Source of the DNA: an uncultured Candidatus Saccharibacteria bacterium
GTDB lineage: Bacteria > Patescibacteriota > Minisyncoccia > Sungbacterales > HO2-52-23
Assembly (NCBI GenBank): GCA_964412615.1
Contig: CAYPPK010000001.1
Span: forward strand, 54,983 to 118,982
Length of the DNA: 64,000 nucleotides
Direction: 5' to 3'
In this document: positions 20,216-29,606 of the stretch, piece by piece
Layout of the letters: the number at the start of each line of letters is the position of its first letter
Position numbering within the stretch: position 1 is the stretch's first letter
Notes under the pieces: model-generated
Databases searched by the model: none
What the model saw: only the letters and a program-made list of their open reading frames with translations
Told to the model about the DNA's origin: nothing
Position numbers and translations under genes: made by a program

Positions 20216-22465
20216 ATGCGCGCATCATCTTGGGAAAAAGCTTTGCTTCTGACCATAAAAATCGGCATCTGGATTTTGCCGATTTTGCCGCTATATATTT
20301 CCGGAGGAATGCTTTTCCCTTTTATAGCCGGAAAAAATTTTTTCTTCCGCATCATCGTGGAGATTGTATTTGCGCTTTGGGTGAGCCTGGCCATAATCCG
20401 GCCATATTACCGTCCTAAATTAACGCCTCTTTTTAAAGCCGCGACTATTTTCATCACTATCCTTTTCCTGGCTGATCTTTTCGGACCCAATCCTTACCGT
20501 TCCTTTTTTTCAAATTACGAGCGCATGGAAGGATTTATGATGCTCTCGCACCTTTATCTTTATTTCGTGGTACTCGCAAGCGTATTTAAAACCAAAAAGG
20601 ATTGGCTGACTTTTTTGCATATAACTTTGGCCGTAAGTTTGGTTGTATCCTTTATCGGTCTTATGCAGCGTTTCGGCTGGCGGGTGTCTTTGCAGGGAGG
20701 ATACCGAGTTGATTCTACCATCGGCAACCCCGCCTATTTGGCCTCCTACCTCTCTTTCCATATCTGGCTTCTATTAATTCTTATCAAGCAATATTGGCAT
20801 AAACAGGGGCTACGGGTATTTTATTTATCGGCATTCTTTTTTGAATTAGTCATCATTTATCTTACCGCCACCAGAGGGGCGATATTGGCGCTGCTCGTTG
20901 GAGCAATATTATTGCTTGCCTCCACGGTGATCTGGTGGGGAAAAATGTTCCCTTCCTTTCCGGGATTAAGAAAATGGGCGGCTATACTGCTTGCGTTTAT
21001 TGTCCTTATGCCGATGGGCGTCTGGCTTTTGCGTGACACCCCGTTTGTCCGCTCTCAGCAGATTCTAAATCGTATGACTTCCATTTCTCTCAGCGATAAG
21101 ACAACGCAGGCGCGCTTTCTTATCTGGAATATGTCGCTTAAGGGGGTACTGGAGAGGCCGGTTTTGGGCTGGGGGCAGGAAAATTATTATCTTGTTTTTC
21201 AGAAATACTATAATCCCGCCCTTTATGGACAGGAACAATGGTTTGATCGCTCCCATAATATATTCTTTGACTGGGCCATCCATGCCGGCATCCTTGGACT
21301 CTTGAGTTTTCTTGGCATAGTCGCGGCTGTCTTGTGGAGAATAATACGGGCGCTTCGGGCCTCACAACTCCCTGCCTGGGAGGGAGTGATTCTTGTTCTG
21401 GTATTCGTGGGACACTTTTTTCAGGATCTTTTTGTCTTTGACAACCTCAATACCTATCTTTTATTTTTCGGATTCCTGGCCTACAGCCAATTTAGAACCG
21501 ACGGGGAAACCGTAGAAAAACCAGTGCCTCCGAATCGGACAAATGCCTCTCGCGCCTATCCGGCAGTCGCCGTTTTGCTCGCTATAGTTGTCGTGGCCGG
21601 ATATTATCTGCATTGGAAGCCGATGGCTGCCTCTAGAAACCTGGTTCGGGCGCTGGCGGCCTATCAAAGCAACCGCCCCTTGTCCGAAATTCAGGCCCTA
21701 TTTGCTCGGGCCTTGTCATACCATACTTTTGGAAATACGGAAATCAGAGAGCAGATGAGCAATATTGCCAGGGATGTGCTCATTGATACTCGCGGAACCG
21801 AGGAGGAGCGGGCTCAATTTATCCCCTTTGTGGCAGAAGAGCTGAGAAAAGAGACGGCATCTTCCGCCAAAGATATAAAACATATGGTTTTTCTGGCCTC
21901 GATTCTTGGCCGCGCGAAATCAATCAATCCGGCTTATCCGGCTGAAGCGGAACAGATTCTTAAGGAGGCCATCTCGCTTTCTCCCGGAAAGCAGATGCTT
22001 TACTTTGAACTGGCCCAGCTTTATCTTTCACATAACCTGACTGACCAATCCATTGAAACCCTGCGCCAGGCCCTGCGTCTTGATCCTACTTATCCGCGAG
22101 CGATTCTAAATCTTGCGTTTATGGGATATACGGCCAAGCGGCCCGAAATAGTGGCCGAAGCAGAGCCTTATTTTGGTTATATTAAACTTGGAGCGCTCAA
22201 TGAAGACGAAATTAGGATACTCGCTAGACTCCATAGTGATTCTGGAAACCTTGCGGCTGCCCGCGATACTTATTTTTATTTGATAGAAATTAACCCAAGC
22301 AATCCTCATTATCGCGCCATAGTCGCGGCTTTCTTGGCGGAACTGGGAGAGTTTGATCGTGCTATTGAGGAAGCCGAGGTTGCCGGTCGCCTGGACCCCG
22401 GATTTGCCAGGGAAGCGGAGGTTTTTATCAATCAGGTAAAAGCAAAACAAGCCGCCACTAAGTAG
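20216..22465 (+). CDS. O-antigen ligase/O-oligosaccharyltransferase family protein with C-terminal TPRs
   Basis: STIGNPAY, TATRGA, RPVLGWGQENY, DRSHN; TPR-like helices (ALRLDPTY, IEINPSN). Confidence 0.85.
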   Translation: MRASSWEKALLLTIKIGIWILPILPLYISGGMLFPFIAGKNFFFRIIVEIVFALWVSLAIIRPYYRPKLTPLFKAATIFITILFLADLFGPNPYRSFFSNYERMEGFMMLSHLYLYFVVLASVFKTKKDWLTFLHITLAVSLVVSFIGLMQRFGWRVSLQGGYRVDSTIGNPAYLASYLSFHIWLLLILIKQYWHKQGLRVFYLSAFFFELVIIYLTATRGAILALLVGAILLLASTVIWWGKMFPSFPGLRKWAAILLAFIVLMPMGVWLLRDTPFVRSQQILNRMTSISLSDKTTQARFLIWNMSLKGVLERPVLGWGQENYYLVFQKYYNPALYGQEQWFDRSHNIFFDWAIHAGILGLLSFLGIVAAVLWRIIRALRASQLPAWEGVILVLVFVGHFFQDLFVFDNLNTYLLFFGFLAYSQFRTDGETVEKPVPPNRTNASRAYPAVAVLLAIVVVAGYYLHWKPMAASRNLVRALAAYQSNRPLSEIQALFARALSYHTFGNTEIREQMSNIARDVLIDTRGTEEERAQFIPFVAEELRKETASSAKDIKHMVFLASILGRAKSINPAYPAEAEQILKEAISLSPGKQMLYFELAQLYLSHNLTDQSIETLRQALRLDPTYPRAILNLAFMGYTAKRPEIVAEAEPYFGYIKLGALNEDEIRILARLHSDSGNLAAARDTYFYLIEINPSNPHYRAIVAAFLAELGEFDRAIEEAEVAGRLDPGFAREAEVFINQVKAKQAATK

Positions 22466-22481
22466 GCGTTATAGAAGGCGT

Positions 22482-23432
22482 ATGGTTCAGCCATATAAAA
22501 TAGGCATTATCGGAGTAGGGATGGTTGGTACGCCTCTGAAGCGCTATTTTGAGGAACTTTGCGGATTTGAGCGCGGAAAGAATCTTTTTGTGTTTGATAT
22601 TGATCCCCATAAGGGATATCAAGACGACGTCAACAAGGCGGATGTTATTTTTATCTCCGTTCCCACTCCTCGTTCCCCGCAAGGTTCGGCAGAACTTTCC
22701 GCGGTTGAGTCAGCTTTTGGCCGCATCAAGGGAGAAAAGATAGTGGTCATTAAATCAACCGTTCCTCCGGGTACTACCGAAGCATTTCAAAAAAAATTTC
22801 CCCAGCATAAAATTTTATTCAATCCGGAGTTTCTTACCGAGAAGCAAGGATGGTACGATTTTATCCGGCCCGATCGCCAGATAGTCGGATTTACCAGCGT
22901 GAGCATAGACGCCGCTTATGCCGTATTATCTCTGCTGCCCAAAGCTCCCTTTATGTCTCCTTGGGGTTCCCACACTTATCGTTCTACGAAGATTACGGCG
23001 ACCGAAGCGGAAATTATCAAATATGGGGGAAATGTGCACTTCGCGCGAAAAATAAATTTTGCCAATTCGCTGGCCTTGCTTGCGGATTCGCATGGCGTCA
23101 ATTATGAAAATATCCGGGCCGGCCTGGCTGCGGACTTTCGCATAGGGGACTCGCACCTGGATGTTAACCACGGAGGATACAGAGGATTTGGAGGATACTG
23201 TTTCCCCAAAGACCTGCACGCGCTTCTCTCCCATTTCGAGCAGAGGGGGCTTAAAGAATGCGCGGATCTCCTGCGGAATGACTGGGAATTTAACGAAGAG
23301 CTTCTCCTGAAACAGGGGCTTACGGTTGAGGATGTCAGTGTGCACGACCATGAATGGATAAAACGCAAGCTGGAGGCAATAAATAAGAATCAAGAAGCGA
23401 GGATTACCGACGCGGTATCCCTTGATTCTTAA
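22482..23432 (+). CDS. UDP-glucose/GDP-mannose dehydrogenase family, short form
   Basis: GVGMVG, SVPTP, KSTVPPGTT, NPEFL, GFGGYCFPKD. Confidence 0.85.
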   Translation: MVQPYKIGIIGVGMVGTPLKRYFEELCGFERGKNLFVFDIDPHKGYQDDVNKADVIFISVPTPRSPQGSAELSAVESAFGRIKGEKIVVIKSTVPPGTTEAFQKKFPQHKILFNPEFLTEKQGWYDFIRPDRQIVGFTSVSIDAAYAVLSLLPKAPFMSPWGSHTYRSTKITATEAEIIKYGGNVHFARKINFANSLALLADSHGVNYENIRAGLAADFRIGDSHLDVNHGGYRGFGGYCFPKDLHALLSHFEQRGLKECADLLRNDWEFNEELLLKQGLTVEDVSVHDHEWIKRKLEAINKNQEARITDAVSLDS

Positions 23433-23451
23433 CTCTTGATTTCTAATTCTA

Positions 23452-24375
23452 ATGAAGATACTCATCACCGGCGGTTCCGGCTATATTGGTTCGGAAGTCA
23501 GAAAAAATCTAGGGCATACATTTTCTTTTGTTAATTTTGATATCCGCCAAAACCCCAAAGATGACGTGCGTAATCTTGCTCGGCTGTGCAAAGCAGTGAG
23601 AAAGGTGGATGGAGTTCTGCATTTTGCCGCTATTTCGCGTCCAAAATGGGGATATGAAAATCCCCATCTTTGTTTGGATACGAATATTCGCGGAACCTAT
23701 AACTTGCTTGAGGCGGTACGACGGGAAAATCCCAAGGCCTGGGTTATCTTAGGGTCAAGCCGGGAAGTATTTGCCGGACTGGCAAAGTTTCCCCTAACCG
23801 AAAAAGACCCGAAATTTCCGCTTAATGCTTATGGCGTCTCCAAAGCAACCGGAGAGGATCTGCTTAAACAATATGCGGAGAACTATAATTTGCGAACGCT
23901 GGTAATTCGTTTTTGCGGTGTCTATACGGGCAGGAAAGATATTTTAGACCGGGTTATTCCGCGATTTATCGGACAAGCAATTAAAGGCAAAAAACTGGTA
24001 ATTGAGGGAGATGGAAAAAAGAAGGCGTATGATTATGTCTACATAACCGATGTGGTGAGAGCCATAGAAAAAGCCGCTAATTTTATCAATAAAAAACCGA
24101 AAGGTTTTTTTGAAGATATCAACCTGGTTGCCGATGCGCCCTTAACCATGTTTAATCTCGCGCGATTGATTATTGCGCTGGCAAAAAGCAAGAGCAAAAT
24201 ATCTTATTTGCCGGAACGATCTTATGATACCGGCAGGGGATTTACCGGCAGCTACCGCAAGGCGCAAAAATTACTATCCTGGTCTCCCCGGGTTGGTTTT
24301 AAAGAAGGACTGACTCGCTCTATTGAGGAACTAAAACCTATCTTTGCCCGAGGTGGTTATAAAAGTGATGAATAA
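23452..24375 (+). CDS. NAD-dependent nucleotide-sugar epimerase/dehydratase
   Basis: TGGSGYIG, SSREV, YGVSK. Confidence 0.88.
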   Translation: MKILITGGSGYIGSEVRKNLGHTFSFVNFDIRQNPKDDVRNLARLCKAVRKVDGVLHFAAISRPKWGYENPHLCLDTNIRGTYNLLEAVRRENPKAWVILGSSREVFAGLAKFPLTEKDPKFPLNAYGVSKATGEDLLKQYAENYNLRTLVIRFCGVYTGRKDILDRVIPRFIGQAIKGKKLVIEGDGKKKAYDYVYITDVVRAIEKAANFINKKPKGFFEDINLVADAPLTMFNLARLIIALAKSKSKISYLPERSYDTGRGFTGSYRKAQKLLSWSPRVGFKEGLTRSIEELKPIFARGGYKSDE

Positions 24376-25285
24376 AGCAGGGGCAAAAGTAATCGTAACT
24401 GGAGGAGCGGGGTTTATCGGTTCGCATCTGGCTGATGTTTTGGTCAGTCAGGGATATGAAGTGCATGTCATAGACAATCTTCTGGGCGGCAAACGCGAGC
24501 GAGTGCATCGGGAAGCAATATTCCATGAGATGGATATCCGCGATTTTTCCAAGATAGCTCCGGTATTTTCCGGCGCTAATTACGTATTTCATACTGCCGC
24601 TCTGCCAAGAGTGCAGCCTTCTATTAAAGATCCCCGCACCACCCATGACATCAATGTTACCGGCACCCTCAACGTGCTTCTGGCCTCGCGTGACGCAGGA
24701 GTAAAAAGGGTTATCTATTCGGCTTCTTCATCTGCCTACGGAAACCAGCCAGTCCTACCTTTGCGGGAAGACATGCCCGCGCGGCCCTTAAGCCCCTACG
24801 GCCTGCAAAAATACATGGGTGAACAATTAGCGGCGCTATTCTCGGAAATTTACGGTTTGCAGACAGTGTCTCTCCGCTATTTTAATGTTTATGGTCCGCG
24901 TGCCTCATCCGAGGGCGCTTATGCGTTGGTTGTCTCCCGCTTTCTTGACCAGCGCAAGCGCGAGGAGCCGTTAACCGTGGTGCCTGATGGTTTGCAGTCC
25001 AGGGACTTTACTCATGTGAGAGACGTGGTAAGAGCAAACATCCTGGCTGCCGAATCCCCTAAGGTTGGAAGAGGTGAAGTGATAAACATTGGAGGAGGCA
25101 GAAACCGGACCGTTCTGGAAGTTGCCGACTTGATCGGGGGCCCCAGGATTTTCGTTGAACCGCGCCTGGAGCCAAAACATACGCTGGCCGATATTGCCAA
25201 AGCCAAAGAACTTCTGGGCTGGGAACCGCAAGTACTGTTTGAAGATGGTATTAAGGAGTTAAAAAAGCTTTACCAACTGGCATAG
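24368..25285 (+). CDS. NAD-dependent epimerase (GalE/WbpP-like)
   Basis: TGGAGFIGS, SASSSAYG, PYGLQK, LRYFNVYGP, RDFTHV. Confidence 0.9.
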   Translation: MNKAGAKVIVTGGAGFIGSHLADVLVSQGYEVHVIDNLLGGKRERVHREAIFHEMDIRDFSKIAPVFSGANYVFHTAALPRVQPSIKDPRTTHDINVTGTLNVLLASRDAGVKRVIYSASSSAYGNQPVLPLREDMPARPLSPYGLQKYMGEQLAALFSEIYGLQTVSLRYFNVYGPRASSEGAYALVVSRFLDQRKREEPLTVVPDGLQSRDFTHVRDVVRANILAAESPKVGRGEVINIGGGRNRTVLEVADLIGGPRIFVEPRLEPKHTLADIAKAKELLGWEPQVLFEDGIKELKKLYQLA

Positions 25286-25321
25286 AAGTTTAAGGAAAGT
25301 TGGGCCGATTAAAATTTTAAT

Positions 25322-26689
25322 TTAACGGCCTTCGCGGCGAAGAAGGGTAAACATAGTTTTAAGTGCGATCAGAAGATCGAGCAGGGGCGCTCGATTTTTT
25401 ATATAGTAAAGATCATACTGCAGTTTCTCGGTGGCATCTTCCACGGAAGCATCATTTTCCATATGAATTTGCGCCCAGCCGGTGATTCCCGGGGGAACTA
25501 GAAGGCGCATCTCATAAAAAGGTGTTTTTTGTTTCAATTGGGCCACGTATTCCGGACGTTCCGGCCGCGGCCCAATAAAAGACATGTCTCCTTTCAGAAT
25601 ATTTATTATTTGGGCAAGTTCGTCTAGGTAATTTTTACGCAAGAAACTGCCCACCCGGGTATGGCGCAAGTCACGTCCATTGCCTTTGTAGCCGTTAAGA
25701 TTTTCAGCGTTTTTTACCATGGAGCGGAATTTAATTAATTCAAATTCTTTGCCGCCCCTGCCTACTCTTTTTTGGCGGAAAAATATAGGCCCTTCCGAGT
25801 CCAGTTTGATGGCCAGGGCGATAAAAGGGAAAAACAACAAAGCCAAGAGGCCAAGCATGCCCCCTAATGTAATATCCAGACCGCGCTTAAAAAATTCGTA
25901 ACTTGTTTTTTTAACCCCCACCAGGTTTTCCAAAAACCACACTTCCCCGATCAAGGAAAGGGGAATTTTGCCGATATTCATCTCGTAAAATTTGGGCAGC
26001 TCCACTACGCCAATGCCCAGAGGAATAAGCTGAAATAAAGTTGCCACAAAAACCCGGTTTTCTTTCAGTTCGGGTGAAATAACTACCGTGTCCACGGCAA
26101 AATTCTTGATGATCGGAGTTAAATCCTGCTGCGGTTCGAAGTGGGGAAGCGGCATCGGGGTCGGCGGATTTTCCCCGGGCAGGACCATAAAGGCAACCGG
26201 CGCAAATCCCAATTGGGGATTTCTTAGAAGATATTCAACCAACTCTCTGGCATCAGAACTTGTTCCCCAAAATAAAACTTTGGCGCTCGGAGCGCGAATT
26301 ATGGCCAGGTTAAAAAGATAGCGCCAAATAAATATGAACAAGGTAGAAATAATCGCCACCAGGAAAAGATTTCGTCTTGGCTCAATTTCAAACGCCGGAA
26401 TCAGATAAAATACCAATATGGAAATAACCAGGTTGGTTGCCATGGCGCGCAGCAGCCGGTAAAGAAAGCGCTTGTTGTTTTTAATGAAACGGAAATCGTG
26501 CAGGCCGAAAGCCACAAAAAGAATGATCCAAAGCAAAAAAATCACCGAGAAAGGAAAGAAATGTCTGGCAATAAGATCCGGTTCCGCGGAGTTGGCGTAA
26601 CGAAGAAGCAGGGTAACAAAAAGCGCCAGATACAGAAGCAGGATATCTCCGACTATCAGTATAAAAAGTTTAAGCCGGCGGTTATTCAT
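25322..26689 (-). CDS. Priming undecaprenyl-phosphate sugar phosphotransferase (WcaJ/WbaP-like)
   Basis: KFRSM, LDELAQ, GDMSFIGPRPER, PGITGWAQ, YDLYY. Confidence 0.9.
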   Translation of the reverse strand: MNNRRLKLFILIVGDILLLYLALFVTLLLRYANSAEPDLIARHFFPFSVIFLLWIILFVAFGLHDFRFIKNNKRFLYRLLRAMATNLVISILVFYLIPAFEIEPRRNLFLVAIISTLFIFIWRYLFNLAIIRAPSAKVLFWGTSSDARELVEYLLRNPQLGFAPVAFMVLPGENPPTPMPLPHFEPQQDLTPIIKNFAVDTVVISPELKENRVFVATLFQLIPLGIGVVELPKFYEMNIGKIPLSLIGEVWFLENLVGVKKTSYEFFKRGLDITLGGMLGLLALLFFPFIALAIKLDSEGPIFFRQKRVGRGGKEFELIKFRSMVKNAENLNGYKGNGRDLRHTRVGSFLRKNYLDELAQIINILKGDMSFIGPRPERPEYVAQLKQKTPFYEMRLLVPPGITGWAQIHMENDASVEDATEKLQYDLYYIKNRAPLLDLLIALKTMFTLLRREGR

Positions 26690-27857
26690 AAATATTTATG
26701 GTATTTTCCAGCATATTTTTTATGGAGAATTTTTCCTGGATTTTATGGGCGGCTTTTTGGATCATTGCCTCACTTTGGGTTCGGTTATTTATGGCTTGCA
26801 TAATTGCGTCAGCCAAGGCAGTCGTATTCCGAGTTGATACTAAATATCCTTCTTGACCATCGGTAATTAAATCCGGCAGCCCTCCCACCCTGGTAGCTAT
26901 AATCTGTACCCGGGCAGCCATGGCTTCCATGACCACGTAGGGCAACCCTTCCTTTAGGGAAGGAAGAACTAGCAGATCAAATCCTTTAAGGTATTGCCTT
27001 GCTTCCGGGACAAAGCCGGTAAGCTTTACAAATTCTTCCAACTTGAGGTCCTTTATTTTTTGCTCCAGGTTTTTCCTTTCTTTCCCTTCTTCCCCGATAA
27101 TAAATGTCATCCATTTCACCTGCGGAAACCGGCGTCTAACTTCACCAACGGCTTCAATTAAGTAAGCCAGTCCTTTGTTGGAAGTATACTCGGCAATGGC
27201 GCCAATGATCACGGAATTGTCCGAAACCTTTTCTTTCGTAAATTTAAATAAGAAATTGTGCGCCTCTTCTTTGGACAAAAAATCAAACGCCGCCAAACCG
27301 TTAAAAATTAAGTGCAGCTTTTTACGGGGAATAAATTTTTTGCCGATCTTAAAATCCTTGCTGTTTATGGTTATGACCGAGTCCTGCAGAATAGTTCCGA
27401 TCCAGGTCAAGAAAAAAATAATTGCTTTTTGCCAATGGGGCCTTGGCTCCAGAAACGGCCAGCCGTGGGCGGTGAAAATTATCTTGATATGATGGCGGAA
27501 GGAAATGCGGGAAAGGCGCGCAGCCACCGCTCCTATGCCTCCTATCTTGGAGCTATTCAGATGAACGATGTCGGGTTTCTCGCGGCGGAAAATGGAAATG
27601 AGTATGAAAAATGCCTGCAGGTTGCGAAAAGAAAAAAGAACCAACCAGAAGCCATTTCCTTTTTGCAGCAAAGGCAAGGCAATGGTCCGGATTCCGGCAC
27701 CAGCCAACTTCTCAACCAAGGGCCCTTTGCCTCCGGTTATTACTGCCACCTCAAATTGGTCCGGGGGCAGGTGAGTAGCCAAATCAAACACATAGCGCTG
27801 TGCTCCTCCCCAGTTGGATTTGGTTATGATATACAGGACCTTCTTTCGTTTCTGCAT
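26682..27857 (-). CDS. Glycosyltransferase family 4
   Basis: GGAQRY, PDIVHLNSSK, TAHGW, PSLKEGLPYVVMEA. Confidence 0.9.
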   Translation of the reverse strand: MQKRKKVLYIITKSNWGGAQRYVFDLATHLPPDQFEVAVITGGKGPLVEKLAGAGIRTIALPLLQKGNGFWLVLFSFRNLQAFFILISIFRREKPDIVHLNSSKIGGIGAVAARLSRISFRHHIKIIFTAHGWPFLEPRPHWQKAIIFFLTWIGTILQDSVITINSKDFKIGKKFIPRKKLHLIFNGLAAFDFLSKEEAHNFLFKFTKEKVSDNSVIIGAIAEYTSNKGLAYLIEAVGEVRRRFPQVKWMTFIIGEEGKERKNLEQKIKDLKLEEFVKLTGFVPEARQYLKGFDLLVLPSLKEGLPYVVMEAMAARVQIIATRVGGLPDLITDGQEGYLVSTRNTTALADAIMQAINNRTQSEAMIQKAAHKIQEKFSIKNMLENTINIYE

Positions 27858-27966
27858 ATATACAATATAACGCAAAACAAGAGGGGATAGTTATGACAAA
27901 ACGTCTACCTTTCTCCTTTTAATTTAAGCAGATGGTCAAGCCCATGCAACTGTTTATATCCCCCGC

Positions 27967-27996
27967 TTGACTTTTTTCTCCCGATCTGCTACTAAT
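27967..27996 (+). promoter_or_regulatory. Putative sigma70 promoter
   Basis: TTGACT, 17-nt spacer ending in TGC, then TACTAA (imperfect -10). Confidence 0.45.
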
Positions 27997-27997
27997 A

Positions 27998-28098
27998 GGG
28001 GCAGTGTGAGTGTCTTTTAGGAGGTGCCCAGCTGCAAAGCGGGGTATTCCTAAAACTCCAATTTGTCCGGTAAAAACCCCGCAAGGGGTTTTTGCTTT
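27998..28098 (+). ncRNA. Candidate ~100-nt small RNA (long hairpin plus terminator), family not recognised
   Basis: Nested stems GGGCAG/TTGTCC, TTTTAGG/CCTAAAA, GGTGCCC/GGGTATT, lying between a promoter and AAAAACCCC-GCAA-GGGGTTTTT. Confidence 0.4.
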
Positions 28099-28100
28099 TT
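28072..28100 (+). terminator. Rho-independent terminator (possibly bidirectional)
   Basis: AAAAACCCC-GCAA-GGGGTTTTT. Confidence 0.75.
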
Positions 28101-28313
28101 AAGGGCTTGGCCTAAAATTTCAAGTACTGAAGCACGACGAAATTTTAGCTGCCAAACCTTAACCCCGCTCTAATTTTGCAATATAAGACGGCCATGAGAT
28201 ACTATGGGAAAAAGAATTTGATTGTTTATAGCGGCCCGCGTGCAGCGAATAGCTGCTTACCTTTATGGGAGAAGCGGGCCGTATAAAATATATCTCGCAA
28301 AATTAGAGCGGGG
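28099..28313. repeat. Composite double-hairpin repeat, copy 1
   Basis: TTAAGGGCTTGGCCTAAAATTT...AAATTTTAGCTGCCAAACCTTAA followed by a 17-bp IR CCCCGCTCTAATTTTGC...GCAAAATTAGAGCGGGG; homologous to 62502-62663. Confidence 0.75.
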
Positions 28314-28326
28314 TAGCACAAAATTT

Positions 28327-29451
28327 ATGAAATCAAAAGGTATCATTCTTTTATATGGCGCTACCGAAATTGGCTCATCACATTTTTCAGCCGATCTTTT
28401 GTGGCGGACTAAATTCAGGGCTCCTGATCCTTTTTTCTTGATGGAAGGTAAAGATAAAACCTATCTTTTTGCTTCTGCCTTGGAGCGAAACAGGGCGATG
28501 CGCGAAGCTGAAGTTGATGCCGTTTTACCGATTGCAAAGCTGAAGGACGTTGTTACCTTTCTTAAGCATTTGAAAATCAACAAAATTGTCGTTCCTTTTT
28601 CTTTCCCCCATGGTTTGGCAAAGTTTTTAGCACGTCATTTTCTGGTAACGATAAATAATCATCTTTTTTATCCGGGACGTTTTCAAAAAACTCCTTTTGA
28701 GATCAAGGAAATAAAAAAAGCCCAGGCCGCGGCCGAGGTGGCCTTTCTTAAAGCCCGGAATATTTTGCAGAAAAGCAAAATAAAAGAAAAAGGAATTTAC
28801 TTTGGCAAAAAACTAGTTACTTCAGAAATGCTGCGTGAAATCATAGATGAAGATCTTTTTGCCAAAGGATTTTTGGGAATAGGTACGATCGTAGCTTCTG
28901 GAATTCAGGCTGCTGATCCTCATGCTCTTGGCCGAGGGCCGGTAATTCCCCATACGGCAATTGTTTTTGATGTTTTTCCGGTCTCTCGTTCTTCACATTA
29001 TTTTGCCGATATGAGCCGTACTGTCTTTAAAGGAAGGCCAAACGATAGGCTTATAGAAATGTACGAAGCGGTGCGTGCCACTCAAGAGAAATCAATAACT
29101 ATGGTTAAAGCAGGGGCAGATGGAGCAAGGATTTATAATTGGGCAAAAAATAATTTTGCCAGGCTGGGATTCCCGACAGAATTTAAAAAAGAAAAACCAG
29201 AAGGGTTTTTCCATAGTTTGGGACACGGCGTGGGTTTGGATATTCACGAGCCGCCGAATCTGGGCAGTATTTCTTGCCGGCTGCAAAAAAGAAATGTGGT
29301 GACGGTTGAACCCGGTCTTTACTACCGGGAGAACCGCAAAAATATATCTGCGGGGGGTATAAGAATTGAAGATATGGTATTAGTGGAAAGAGACAGCTGT
29401 CAAAATCTAACAAAAATGCCCAAATCCATAGCTTGGGCCGTAATTCCATAG
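28327..29451 (+). CDS. Xaa-Pro aminopeptidase (M24 family)
   Basis: PH, DVFP, YFADMSRT, HSLGHGVGLDIHE, VTVEPGLY, GIRIED; ORF-track 5' extension lies in the repeat. Confidence 0.9.
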   Translation: MKSKGIILLYGATEIGSSHFSADLLWRTKFRAPDPFFLMEGKDKTYLFASALERNRAMREAEVDAVLPIAKLKDVVTFLKHLKINKIVVPFSFPHGLAKFLARHFLVTINNHLFYPGRFQKTPFEIKEIKKAQAAAEVAFLKARNILQKSKIKEKGIYFGKKLVTSEMLREIIDEDLFAKGFLGIGTIVASGIQAADPHALGRGPVIPHTAIVFDVFPVSRSSHYFADMSRTVFKGRPNDRLIEMYEAVRATQEKSITMVKAGADGARIYNWAKNNFARLGFPTEFKKEKPEGFFHSLGHGVGLDIHEPPNLGSISCRLQKRNVVTVEPGLYYRENRKNISAGGIRIEDMVLVERDSCQNLTKMPKSIAWAVIP

Positions 29452-29560
29452 CCAATTTCAGCCAAGGTTACTTTAGAGGCACGAGAAGGGTTTTAACTCC
29501 AAAGCTTTGTCCTTATGTGAGTACCTGCTACTCGTGCCACTGAAGCAGCCGAAATCTATG
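29447..29560. repeat. Long imperfect intergenic inverted repeat
   Basis: GGTTACTTTAGAGGCACGAG (29466-29485) pairs with CTCGTGCCACTGAAGCAGCC (29531-29550). Confidence 0.6.
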
Positions 29561-29606
29561 TTTAAGATATTGTATCTGCCTGAATTTTGCAATAGAATTT
29601 CACTAC

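Noticed and set aside
27882-27964. GGGGATA...TATCCCC inverted repeat as another TIR element
   Set aside because: Only 7 bp, opposite end polarity and no flanking duplication.
28222-28326. ORF-track N-terminal extensions (also at 3971, 9023, 15425, 38780, 43666, 51420, 59651)
   Set aside because: They run through repeats, the riboswitch terminator or neighbouring genes; downstream ATGs fit family starts better.
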